55,758 nucleotides of DNA from a virus. Lineage: Duplodnaviria > Caudoviricetes. Of the stretch, positions 35,783 to 44,303 are shown piece after piece. Within the stretch, counting starts at the first letter, position 1. The number at the start of each line of letters is the position of its first letter. Position numbers and translations under genes: made by a program. The stretch is taken from IMG/VR virus record IMGVR_UViG_3300042922_000297, positions 1 to 55,758 of that record; one strand, written 5' to 3'. The notes beneath the pieces were generated by a model. It was not told the origin of the DNA and made no database searches. It saw nothing but the letters and a program-made list of their open reading frames with translations.

Positions 35783-36040
35783 GTGAAGGTCACTCTGCGC
35801 ACCGGGGATCGCGCCATACTGATCGGTGCCGCAGCGATCATCTGGTACGAACGAGCTGTCGCCGACGACGCCGACCTCATCTCCTCCCGCGTGTCCGCAT
35901 ACCGGCAACACCTCCCCGGCCGCTTAGTGACTGACGCCGTGATCCTCGCAACCGCACTCCACCTCGCCGAAGCGCTGTCGCCTGAGTGGGATCTGTACCA
36001 CGTCGCCATGCGCTGGTTGCGCCGGCAAGTCGCCGAGTAA
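35783..36040 (+). CDS. Small membrane-associated phage protein
   Basis: AAAIIWYE...LIS..V.AY...TALHL. Confidence 0.7.
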   Translation: MKVTLRTGDRAILIGAAAIIWYERAVADDADLISSRVSAYRQHLPGRLVTDAVILATALHLAEALSPEWDLYHVAMRWLRRQVAE

Positions 36041-36046
36041 ACGGTA

Positions 36047-36074
36047 TTGACAACTGAATGGTAAGCGGTATCGT
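36047..36074 (+). promoter_or_regulatory. SigA-type promoter, leaderless
   Basis: TTGACA-N16-TATCGT, 7 nt before ATG 36082. Confidence 0.75.
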
Positions 36075-36081
36075 TAACGCC

Positions 36082-36264
36082 ATGACAGCCTCCCGACGAA
36101 CTCGCATCACGCTTCAGAACGTCTACGACTGCACGTGCGTATACAGTTGTCGCGATCATCCCGCAACGATGTGCGGATTGTCCGGCGAGTGGCACGTGCA
36201 TCCCCGCGTGAACGGCGACTTCGGCCCATGCCCCATCCACCCCGACGCCCCCGGCGACCTGTGA
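36082..36264 (+). CDS. Small Cys/His-rich protein
   Basis: CTC..C..H...C...WHVH...CPIH. Confidence 0.7.
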   Translation: MTASRRTRITLQNVYDCTCVYSCRDHPATMCGLSGEWHVHPRVNGDFGPCPIHPDAPGDL

Positions 36265-36446
36265 GCCCCGGCGGTCGCCCCGAAATCGGGCCACCCATCA
36301 ACATCCGCCTCGGTGACGACCTCCTCGCCCTCGTAGACGACTACGCCGCGCACAACAGCCAGACCCGCGCACAAGCCATCCGGTTCCTACTCACCGCGGC
36401 CTTGTCCGAACGCCACGGCAGCGCTCCGTCCGGACAGACTCGATGA
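36261..36446 (+). CDS. Ribbon-helix-helix DNA-binding protein
   Basis: GRPEIG..INIRL.DDLLA.VD.YA....TRAQAIR.LL. Confidence 0.85.
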   Translation: MSPGGRPEIGPPINIRLGDDLLALVDDYAAHNSQTRAQAIRFLLTAALSERHGSAPSGQTR

Positions 36447-36499
36447 CCGCCATGCGCTACATACGCCGCAACGTCGGCGGGCAGGAATAGACTAGGCAG

Positions 36500-36958
36500 A
36501 TGGCCAAGGGCATCGAGGGCACAGCTTTCCCGCTTGACCTCATGCCGAACTGGCGGCTCCCAAGCCAACTTGGATTCGGCCCAGGAATGCAGCCCGACCC
36601 CTACGCGCTCGGCGATCTGTGGGTTCGGCGGCACAGAGAAGGCCCCAACGTCGAGTACATCACCGTAAACGACGACGCCAGCCCCCAGGTACTTATCGGT
36701 GATGAATTACTCCGGGACATCCAGTTCGACATCCGCCGGTACAACACCAGCGCCTGGGTGACCCTTGAGAACCTTTGGGACCACACTCCGTCCGACTGCC
36801 CGACATGCACGTGGGCCAAGGACCACCTGAGTGATCGGCCCAGCCACTGTTTCTCGGGAATGCTGATGCTGATCAATGCCCGGAACCGGCAGCTGATCTA
36901 CCGCATCGGCCAGTACCGCCCTCAAAGCAGAACGTGGGAAGCGACGTGGCCCGACTAG
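36500..36958 (+). CDS. Hypothetical protein
   Basis: TAGACT -10 just upstream (leaderless). Confidence 0.7.
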   Translation: MAKGIEGTAFPLDLMPNWRLPSQLGFGPGMQPDPYALGDLWVRRHREGPNVEYITVNDDASPQVLIGDELLRDIQFDIRRYNTSAWVTLENLWDHTPSDCPTCTWAKDHLSDRPSHCFSGMLMLINARNRQLIYRIGQYRPQSRTWEATWPD

Positions 36959-37093
36959 CGCCGCCGTCTCCATAGCCACACGCCGAGCGCCACTAGCACT
37001 GCCACGCCCACTGGTCCTACCGGCGACTTAACCATCCACCGTTGATACCCCACAGACAGCCGGTGTAACCCGTGTAGTCGTCCACCTGTGACC

Positions 37094-37133
37094 GCCCCGC
37101 TAGATCCCCGTGATCTGGCGGGGCTGCTTTTTT
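37094..37133 (+). terminator. Intrinsic terminator
   Basis: GCCCCGCTAGATC/GATCTGGCGGGGC stem followed by T run. Confidence 0.85.
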
Positions 37134-37139
37134 GTGCGT

Positions 37140-37290
37140 GGTGTATGCACACCGGAGGGGTTGTGGAGTAGGCTAGGTGTATGAACACCAGAGCCGCGTC
37201 ACATGACACCACGTGCGGCGTGGGGAGCAGTGGAAGTTGTTTCGTCCCGTGGTGCACCTGCCATTGCCACGACGCGGGTGTTGTGACACC
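37140..37290. promoter_or_regulatory. Three palindromic operators GGTGT-N4-ACACC
   Basis: 37140-37153, 37176-37189, 37277-37290. Confidence 0.75.
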
Positions 37291-37465
37291 TACACTGCGG
37301 TCTATGCCGAATCGGCCCCGCACACCCATCCGAGGCATCCGCGTTCCGGACGAGTTATGGGCCGCAGCGCAGCAGGTCGCAGCGGACAAAGGGGAGACCG
37401 TTTCCGATGAGGTGCGGCGGTCCCTTGAGCGGTACGTCAAGAAAGTGCGGAGGGGGAAGGCATGA
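37181..37465 (+). CDS. Ribbon-helix-helix protein (long form from 37181, short form from ATG 37304)
   Basis: TPIRGIRVPDELWAAA...ETVSDEVRRSLERY. Confidence 0.82.
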   Translation: MNTRAASHDTTCGVGSSGSCFVPWCTCHCHDAGVVTPTLRSMPNRPRTPIRGIRVPDELWAAAQQVAADKGETVSDEVRRSLERYVKKVRRGKA

Positions 37466-37656
37466 ACGCCAAACTGGACGACTGGTTGCAGGATGGCCCC
37501 GCGTTGGTTCACAAGGGCGGGGCGTGGCGCATCGAGCCGGGGTGGACGGGCATCGGCGCTGAACTGTTCCAACGCACACCAACGGGCGGGTGGACGGTTC
37601 TGTTGGTGTTCGATTCCGCGGCCGAAGCTGAGGCTTACGTGGAGCGGGTGCGGTAG
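37462..37656 (+). CDS. Hypothetical protein
   Basis: ATGA overlap. Confidence 0.65.
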   Translation: MNAKLDDWLQDGPALVHKGGAWRIEPGWTGIGAELFQRTPTGGWTVLLVFDSAAEAEAYVERVR

Positions 37657-37920
37657 CCGTGAGTTTCACGTCCCGCTTAGGCGGTGCCGCGCTCACTCAA
37701 TGTGGTTACTTGTCGCAGATCGCGTCCATGCCCGATGCCACGGAGATAGCCACCGACGGACCGCTACGAAGCCTGCGCGCTGATCGCTTAATCTGGGACG
37801 CAGGCCGATTGCGCGATGACCAGCGATCCTGTGGACGTGCCGCCTGATCCCGCGACGTCCTGTACGGGCCACCACTCACCACCCACTGCACCGTACGAAC
37901 CGGACCCGACGAACGCTAAG

Positions 37921-38235
37921 TCAGTGCCGCCGGCCGCGCAACGTGTGCTGAATCGCGAACGCCGTCCAGATGACAGTCCACATCCCACCCCACAGGAACC
38001 ACAGCACACCCATCCCGACCGCGATACTGCCCGACTCCTCATCGGCCTGCGCGACCAACGGAATGCCGAACAGCAGCGTCCCGAGTAACGAGAACACCGC
38101 GAGCAGCCCAAACCCGTAATGGATGGTGAACCGGCGCTCGGCAGGTGCTGCGGGTGGTGGCAGGGCGAGCCACTGCTGGCCGTCCCAGTAGCGCTGCGCG
38201 CCGGACGGGTCGGGATACCAGCCGGGCGCAGTCAC
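37921..38235 (-). CDS. DUF2510-family membrane protein
   Basis: APGWYPDPSG..RYWDGQQW plus two TM segments. Confidence 0.88.
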   Translation of the reverse strand: MTAPGWYPDPSGAQRYWDGQQWLALPPPAAPAERRFTIHYGFGLLAVFSLLGTLLFGIPLVAQADEESGSIAVGMGVLWFLWGGMWTVIWTAFAIQHTLRGRRH

Positions 38236-38420
38236 GCCAGCACCGCCGTTTCTGTCATGGATGGATCGTAATTGTCGATCATGACATTCACCGCCTGATT
38301 CCCTATCTGCCGTGTTGTCGGCAACAACATGGCGTTGCGTTGGTGCTGGTGGGTCCGGGTGGCTCGTTGTTTTTCCCGGTTACGTATCCGCAGGTGGTGA
38401 TACAAAAGACCAGGTGGGCA

Positions 38421-38447
38421 AGGGGTTCGAATCCCCTTAGCTCCACC
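38421..38447 (+). other. attP core (3' end of a tRNA-Ala)
   Basis: AGGGGTTCGAATCCCCTTAGCTCCACC: T-arm plus acceptor 3' strand, next to integrase. Confidence 0.85.
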
Positions 38448-38511
38448 GTTGACCTGCTAAAACAGGGGTCCAAATACGAAACAACGGCACAAAACAACAT
38501 ATGCTGTTGGG

Positions 38512-39678
38512 ATGGCGTCCATTCGTGAGGTCCCAAGGAACGACGGCACCACCGCACACACCGTCCTCTACCGCCTCGATGGCAGGCAGAGAACGCTCGT
38601 CTTCGACGACCCGAAGGCCGCCGAAGTCTTCAGGGACACCATCAACGTCCACGGCCCGAAACGTGCGATGGAGATGCACAACATCGACCCTGAGCCACGC
38701 CGGCGCAACAAAGTCCATGTGATGACCGTCGCCGAATGGGTCCGCCACCACATCGACCACCTCACCGGCGTCGAACAGACCACCATCGACAAATACGACG
38801 ACTACCTGAAGAACGACATCGAACCCCACCTCGGCCACATCCCACTCAAGGAACTATCGAGCGACGACCTCGCTCGATGGGTCAAACACATGGAAACCCA
38901 CGGCGGGCGCAAGGGCACCGGGCACGCCCCGAAGACCCTCGCCAACAAATACGGGTTCCTCTCCGGTGCGCTGAATGCCGCCGTGACACGCAAACCGAAA
39001 CCGTTGATCGAGTCCAACCCGGCGGCAGGCCGCAAACTCTCCAGGGCCGAAGCGCCCGACTCCGAAGATGACGAAGACATCCGAATCCTCACCCACGACG
39101 AGTTCGACGTCCTACTCGATGCTGTCACCGACTACTGGAAGCTGCTGATCGAGTTCATGGTCACCACCGGCCTACGGTGGGGGGAGGCCGCCGCCCTGGA
39201 GCCTAAGCACGTGAACCTCGCGGACGGGACGATCAAGATCCGGCAGGCGTGGAAGTATTCGCGCACGAACGGCTACTACCTCGGTCCTCCGAAGACGAAG
39301 CGGTCCCGTCGGACGGTGGACGTTCCCACGGAGATGCTGGATCGCCTGGACCTGTCGGACGAGTTCGTGTTCATGAACACCACCGGGGGCCCTGTCCGGT
39401 ATCACGGGTTCAAGCGCAGGGTGTGGGATGCCGCGGTGAAGAAGTCCGGCCTGGACCCGCGCCCCACTCCGCACGATCTGCGGCACACGTACGCGTCGTG
39501 GCAGCTCATCGGTGGTACTCCTATCACGGTGGTGTCGAGGCAGCTCGGTCACGAGAGCATTCAGGTCACGGTCGACATCTACGGCGACGTGGACAGGGCG
39601 TCGGCGAAGGTGGCATCGGAGTACATGTCCCGGACGCTGGCTGCGCGGAAGCAGCCAAACCCTAAACCTCAACTCTAG
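38512..39678 (+). CDS. int: Tyrosine integrase
   Basis: TGLRWGE, PKT, HDLRH, LGH...Y. Confidence 0.97.
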   Translation: MASIREVPRNDGTTAHTVLYRLDGRQRTLVFDDPKAAEVFRDTINVHGPKRAMEMHNIDPEPRRRNKVHVMTVAEWVRHHIDHLTGVEQTTIDKYDDYLKNDIEPHLGHIPLKELSSDDLARWVKHMETHGGRKGTGHAPKTLANKYGFLSGALNAAVTRKPKPLIESNPAAGRKLSRAEAPDSEDDEDIRILTHDEFDVLLDAVTDYWKLLIEFMVTTGLRWGEAAALEPKHVNLADGTIKIRQAWKYSRTNGYYLGPPKTKRSRRTVDVPTEMLDRLDLSDEFVFMNTTGGPVRYHGFKRRVWDAAVKKSGLDPRPTPHDLRHTYASWQLIGGTPITVVSRQLGHESIQVTVDIYGDVDRASAKVASEYMSRTLAARKQPNPKPQL

Positions 39679-39777
39679 CTTGGGAACCCGCGTTGTCGGT
39701 TCACTGGAATTTGCCCGGCGCGTCATTTAGAGTTCACCCTATTCGGGCCGGGGGCAGTCCGACGGAAGGCTCAACCG

Positions 39778-40053
39778 ATGTTGGAAAACGAAAACGGCCG
39801 CGCCCCCGGTATGTTCGGAAGCCAGATCGACAAGGCGCTCGCCCTAATGCCTGACGCCGACGGCGAAGCCAACCTAGATGAGCACGTTCGCTGGGAACTG
39901 CACGCAGTCCTAAGCCGATTGTGCCTAACCGACTTCACCACCAGAGAGGTCATGGCCCTCCTTGCCGTCCTTTGTCCCATCCACTCGCGTGTGATCCGGC
40001 AGCATAACGGCCCCGAGATTATCGGGCCGGTTATCCAGCTGGTCCGCACGTAA
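39778..40053 (+). CDS. Hypothetical protein overlapping repressor 3' end in antisense
   Basis: GGAAGG RBS; helical protein-like sequence. Confidence 0.55.
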   Translation: MLENENGRAPGMFGSQIDKALALMPDADGEANLDEHVRWELHAVLSRLCLTDFTTREVMALLAVLCPIHSRVIRQHNGPEIIGPVIQLVRT

Positions 40054-40455
40054 CCGAGCCTCCTGGGCTTCCGCTTCAGCCGATGCTCCCGCCGCCGCGG
40101 CCGAATCACGCAGGTGGCGCAGCAGTGCCAGCACAGATTCTTTGTCTCGGTTGGAGAGTGTGGTGTCGAGCTTGACCGCTTGCTCGGGGGTGGGCAGCTC
40201 ATGCTGGGGAAGATGGACCCCCATGCTTTCGATGGCGGCGACAGCAACCTGGGACGGTGCGACCCGTAGGCCGGCTGCGAGGGCGAGGATGACTTCGCCC
40301 TTGATGGACACCACCGGATTGCGGAATCGCGAGATGTTGGATTTCGATAGGACATGGCCCTTCTCCTTTGCGTTACGCACCAGGTCGGGGTCGGACCAGT
40401 CGTTGGCGTCTTTGACGCCGTCGATCAGCCGTGCGAGCTGGTGGGCTGTTGCCAT
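39925..40455 (-). CDS. Immunity repressor
   Basis: Leftward HTH gene next to int, divergent from Cro-like gene; LSKSNISRFR...ILALAAGL. Confidence 0.85.
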   Translation of the reverse strand: MATAHQLARLIDGVKDANDWSDPDLVRNAKEKGHVLSKSNISRFRNPVVSIKGEVILALAAGLRVAPSQVAVAAIESMGVHLPQHELPTPEQAVKLDTTLSNRDKESVLALLRHLRDSAAAAGASAEAEAQEARLRADQLDNRPDNLGAVMLPDHTRVDGTKDGKEGHDLSGGEVG

Positions 40456-40710
40456 GTCGTAGACGCTCCCGCTTCCTGTCCGTGGCGTCCACTGGGGTGG
40501 GCACCGAAACTCTCCAGATGTTGGGCACTAGAAGTATCGAAAGATTCTTCTGGATAGTCGCAGGTGGGCGGCTATCTCGCAAAATACATCGGTGTAGTTA
40601 CTTGCGCCGTGGGCACCGGACCTGTATCAATGGACAGGAAAGCTGGACACCATGGACAGGAGGATGTAATGTCGACCACGTCGCAGTTATCACTACTCGG
40701 GGAGGTGTAT

Positions 40711-40971
40711 ATGGAACTCCGGGATCGCAAGAAGCTTGCTCGGTTGATGATCGTGCAGGAGGAAACGCACCGATCACTGGCGCGGGCCGCAGGGTGGAAG
40801 TCCCATTCGTATCTCGGCCGGCTGCTGCGGGGCGAGGTCAAGACGCTGGACACTGACGCGGCGTTGCGCATCGCGCACAAACTGCGCGTACCTGTCGATG
40901 ATCTCTTTTTGATCCGAGTGGACAGCATTGATGTCCAGCGCGAACCGAAAAATAAGTCGTCCGCCGCATAA
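40711..40971 (+). CDS. Cro-like HTH protein (alternative start 40669)
   Basis: RSLARAAGWKSHSYLGRLLRG; GGAGG RBS. Confidence 0.85.
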   Translation: MELRDRKKLARLMIVQEETHRSLARAAGWKSHSYLGRLLRGEVKTLDTDAALRIAHKLRVPVDDLFLIRVDSIDVQREPKNKSSAA

Positions 40972-41029
40972 CAAAAGGCCGCCACCCGCGGTAACGGGTG
41001 ACGGCCACGACCAGAGAACAGGAGTCTCC

Positions 41030-41800
41030 GTGTCAGACATACAGCATATCGGCGATCAGTCGCCATTCGACACCATCAGGCGCGTCCGCCCCGATGGAAC
41101 CGAGTATTGGACCGCCCGCGATCTCTGCCAGGTCGTCGAATACGAGACGTGGCGCAACTTCGCCGCCGCTGTGGAGCGCGCCAAAATCGCCCTGAAGAAC
41201 AGCGGCGAGGACGTGACCAGCCACGTTGTTGACGCCGGCACTCTGGTTCAGCGGCCGCAAGGGGGATCGGTCCCGCGCGAGGACTACGAACTGTCCCGGC
41301 ATGGCGCCTACATCACGCTGATGAATGGCGACCCGAGTAAGCCGCGGATCGCAGAAGCTCACAACTACTTCGCCCGCCGCACTCGTCAGGCCGAAGTGGT
41401 CCAGATGGCCATCACCGCCGAGGATCGAGCGATCAAGAGGTTGGCCGTGCTTCAGGCGGCTAAGGGGCTGATTGATTCCAGGCACCTTGAGGCGAAGGCG
41501 CGCTGCCAGCTCGCGATCGGGCTTGGGGAAGCCCCCGAGTTGGACGTGTCGTGCCGCCCGCTGTACTCGCAGACATACCTGGAAGAGCGTGGACTGTCCC
41601 GGAAGCAGATCAAGGCGCTGTCCGGGATGTTCGGGAAGCGGCTGAAGGCGGCGTTCCTGGAGCAGCACGGCACCGCGCCGAAGCAGTATCCACTGGAGAC
41701 CGGTTCCGGTCAGATCCGAAACGTGAACGCCTACACCGAGGCTGATCGGTCCTTGATGGATGCGGTTTGGGATCGGTTCTACGCGGGGGTTGCAGTATGA
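41030..41800 (+). CDS. Antirepressor (Bro-N/DinD-like N-terminus)
   Basis: SPFDTIR...EYWTARDL...WRNF...DYELSR.GAY...NGDP.K. Confidence 0.85.
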   Translation: MSDIQHIGDQSPFDTIRRVRPDGTEYWTARDLCQVVEYETWRNFAAAVERAKIALKNSGEDVTSHVVDAGTLVQRPQGGSVPREDYELSRHGAYITLMNGDPSKPRIAEAHNYFARRTRQAEVVQMAITAEDRAIKRLAVLQAAKGLIDSRHLEAKARCQLAIGLGEAPELDVSCRPLYSQTYLEERGLSRKQIKALSGMFGKRLKAAFLEQHGTAPKQYPLETGSGQIRNVNAYTEADRSLMDAVWDRFYAGVAV

Positions 41801-42078
41801 GCGCCCATTCGTTGCAGTCTCTGGTCGACGAAGGCTATGCCCCGTCTGTTCGGTGGCTGGCCGAGGGCATTAAGCGCGGCGACGTACCGGGCCACCGCAT
41901 CGGCCGGTACTGGAAGAACTGGATGCTGACCGATGACGACCTGGAACAGTTCCTCACGGGCACACAAACCGCACCGGTCACACCGGAAGCCGCTGATGTG
42001 GAACAGGTTTCGGAGCCTGATCTGATCATGGCGGGCTTATCGTCTCGGACCGCCCGCCGACTGAGGAGGGCGTCGTGA
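41797..42078 (+). CDS. Excisionase-like HTH protein
   Basis: RWL...IKRG.VPG.RIGR..W.LT.DDLE. Confidence 0.65.
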   Translation: MSAHSLQSLVDEGYAPSVRWLAEGIKRGDVPGHRIGRYWKNWMLTDDDLEQFLTGTQTAPVTPEAADVEQVSEPDLIMAGLSSRTARRLRRAS

Positions 42079-42197
42079 GTTTCCTTGCCGGGCTGCCTCT
42101 GGACGATCAGTTGCGTGTGTTTTACGTGTTGGCGGGGGTGTTTGTGTTGTTGGTGTGTGTGGGGATGGGCGAGGACTCGTACGGGACCGGGTCATGA
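42075..42197 (+). CDS. Small membrane protein (40 aa)
   Basis: Overlapping start/stop at both ends; one TM segment. Confidence 0.55.
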   Translation: MSFLAGLPLDDQLRVFYVLAGVFVLLVCVGMGEDSYGTGS

Positions 42198-42493
42198 GCG
42201 CCGAACTTAGGGACGCCATAACCCCTGTCTTAGCCAGGATTTGGACGTACTCCCTTTTTGATCCCGAGCGTGACACGGCGCTGATCCTTGCCGCAATCCA
42301 GGACGCTGACCTGTTCTGGGATCGCGTGGAAGACGCGGTCGAGACGGCGGTATGGGGTCATGAACGCCAGGACGGCGACGGGTCTTGCCGGTGTGGCGCG
42401 GTCAACAACATGGACGGTGATGTCTTGCCGAGCCACCGTGTTGGGGCTGTGACCGAAGCAATTCAGAAGGCATTCTTCGGGGAGCCGTCGTGA
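42194..42493 (+). CDS. Hypothetical protein
   Basis: ATGA overlap; CRCG...H. Confidence 0.65.
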   Translation: MSAELRDAITPVLARIWTYSLFDPERDTALILAAIQDADLFWDRVEDAVETAVWGHERQDGDGSCRCGAVNNMDGDVLPSHRVGAVTEAIQKAFFGEPS

Positions 42494-42801
42494 CTGTTGA
42501 GTCTGACATTGCTTCCCTGGGCGAGCTTTTGGCGTCGACTAAGCGGGCGTTCGAGGATGAGCAGCGGGCGCATGGGGACACCATCTCGGACCTTGGCTGG
42601 GCGTTGGAGCGCGCGGATCGGTTAGAGGTCCGTGTGCAGGAGTTGGAGGCGGAGGTTGCGGCGTCGACTGCGGTGGATTTGTTGGGGCGGTATCGGAGGG
42701 CGTGTATCGAGAACGCTGCCCTGACACGCAGGGTGGCTGAGTTGGAGTCGCGTGCGGCTACTGCTGGTGCGGCTGCGGAAGCACTGAAAGGCAACCGATG
42801 A
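42490..42801 (+). CDS. Coiled-coil hypothetical protein
   Basis: GTGA overlap. Confidence 0.7.
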   Translation: MTVESDIASLGELLASTKRAFEDEQRAHGDTISDLGWALERADRLEVRVQELEAEVAASTAVDLLGRYRRACIENAALTRRVAELESRAATAGAAAEALKGNR

Positions 42802-43019
42802 ACACGCGTGTGGTTCCTCAGCATCCGGTGATCGTGGACGACGCGGCCCTGGATTCCCTGCCGGTGGGCTCGATCATCCGTGACGCGGAGGGCAACGCCG
42901 TCCAGTGTGAGAAGCGTGTGGGTGCTTGGTTTTATCCGCGGGAGCGGTATCAGTTCACGTCGGATGACATTCCATTGCCGGCGCACCTGTTGTGGAACCC
43001 GGATTGGGGAATCGAATGA
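42798..43019 (+). CDS. Hypothetical protein
   Basis: LDSLPVGSIIRD...LPAHLLW.P. Confidence 0.75.
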   Translation: MNTRVVPQHPVIVDDAALDSLPVGSIIRDAEGNAVQCEKRVGAWFYPRERYQFTSDDIPLPAHLLWNPDWGIE

Positions 43020-43213
43020 GCGTCATCGATTGGATCTTGTTGGTCGGGGTGGTGTGGGTGTTGGTGTCGGTGGCTTTCATGGCGGGTTCGGCGTGGGGCT
43101 CGACTGCGACGGCTAGCCGGTTCATCGAGGACCAGGATCACGGCCGGTTCGAGCGTGATGAGCGGGTGCGGGATGCGGCGGAGATGGCGCTAGACGGGAT
43201 CGACTGGCCATGA
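43016..43213 (+). CDS. Small membrane protein
   Basis: N-terminal TM segment. Confidence 0.65.
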   Translation: MSVIDWILLVGVVWVLVSVAFMAGSAWGSTATASRFIEDQDHGRFERDERVRDAAEMALDGIDWP

Positions 43214-43395
43214 AGTACAGGTTTTGGCAGAGACGTTTTCGCGCGGCATTCGTAAGCGGCTTGTTGGGCGCAAAGTCCGGCTACATGGTCCTGGATAGGG
43301 ACGATCCGGTTGCGTTCTATGACGACGTACACGATGCCCGTGATGCGGCCCGTGATGCGAACCGGCGCGGGTACCTGAAGGGGCATGCGCTGTGA
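43210..43395 (+). CDS. Hypothetical protein
   Basis: ATGA overlap. Confidence 0.6.
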   Translation: MKYRFWQRRFRAAFVSGLLGAKSGYMVLDRDDPVAFYDDVHDARDAARDANRRGYLKGHAL

Positions 43396-43474
43396 ACGCG
43401 GTTGCGTTGGTGATCGTCGTGGGCTTGTCGTTGTTGGCGGGCTGGCTACTACTCGGAGAACGGAAGACAGAACG

Positions 43475-43870
43475 ATGAGCATTGCCGAGGCAATCGCGCT
43501 GACAGGTATGGCGCACATGGTGGGCGACTATCTGATTCAGTCGCATTGGATGGCGAACGCCAAGACTAAGCAGTGGTGGCCCGCGATCCTGCATGGGGTT
43601 ACGTACACGCTGCCGTTCATTCTGATCACCCAGTCTTGGTTGGCGTTGCTTGTGATTGGTGGGACGCACATCCTGATCGATCATTATCGGCTGGCCCGGT
43701 ATGTGGTGTGGTTCCGAAATCAGTTGGCGCCGCGTGGTTGGCGCCCGTCGCTGAGTGAGCCGACAGGAACGCCGCCGGAAGCGCCGGTGTGGTTATCGAC
43801 GTGGCTGCTGTTCATCGCCGACAACATCCTGCATGTGGCCATCAACGTCGCTGCGGTGGTGTGGCTATGA
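43475..43870 (+). CDS. DUF3307-family membrane protein
   Basis: AHMVGDYLIQSHWMA..K, HG..Y, TH.LID, DN..H. Confidence 0.85.
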   Translation: MSIAEAIALTGMAHMVGDYLIQSHWMANAKTKQWWPAILHGVTYTLPFILITQSWLALLVIGGTHILIDHYRLARYVVWFRNQLAPRGWRPSLSEPTGTPPEAPVWLSTWLLFIADNILHVAINVAAVVWL

Positions 43871-43958
43871 GGACTGCGGGTGGTTGGGGTGATTGTGGGT
43901 GGGGTGACGGCATGTTCCCGGACAGGTACGGACACACCGACACCGAGGAGGCCGGCGA

Positions 43959-44303
43959 ATGAGCGGCAAGGATGGACGTCGATGCGTCTATGTCGCCGGG
44001 CCGATGACCGGGCTGCCCGAGTTCAACTTCCCGGCATTCAAAGCGGCCGCCGAAGAGTTGCGCGCCGAAGGTTTGGAAGTTCGCTCACCAACCGAAATCT
44101 CCGACGATGCGGCGCCAGACTCGTACACAAGCGCCAAGCCATATGCGTACTACCTACGCCTTAGCCTGCGGATGCTCTTGGAGTGTGACGCTGTTGTGCT
44201 TCTGCCGGGCTGGGATGGATCACGTGGGGCTTGCCTTGAGAAGGCAATAGCCGAACACCTTGGCATGAGCATCAGTGAATGGCCCGCGGGCGGTGTCGCG
44301 TGA
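43959..44303 (+). CDS. DUF4406 / nucleoside 2-deoxyribosyltransferase-like protein
   Basis: VYVAGPMTGLPEFNFPAF...CDAVVLLPGW.GSRGA.LE. Confidence 0.88.
   Translation: MSGKDGRRCVYVAGPMTGLPEFNFPAFKAAAEELRAEGLEVRSPTEISDDAAPDSYTSAKPYAYYLRLSLRMLLECDAVVLLPGWDGSRGACLEKAIAEHLGMSISEWPAGGVA

Noticed and set aside
38405-38450. Functional tRNA gene
   Set aside because: Only the T-arm and 3' acceptor strand are present, with no D-arm or anticodon arm; interpreted as attP core.
39925-40455. Integration-dependent immunity (attP inside repressor)
   Set aside because: attP lies upstream of the integrase, about 1.5 kb from the repressor.
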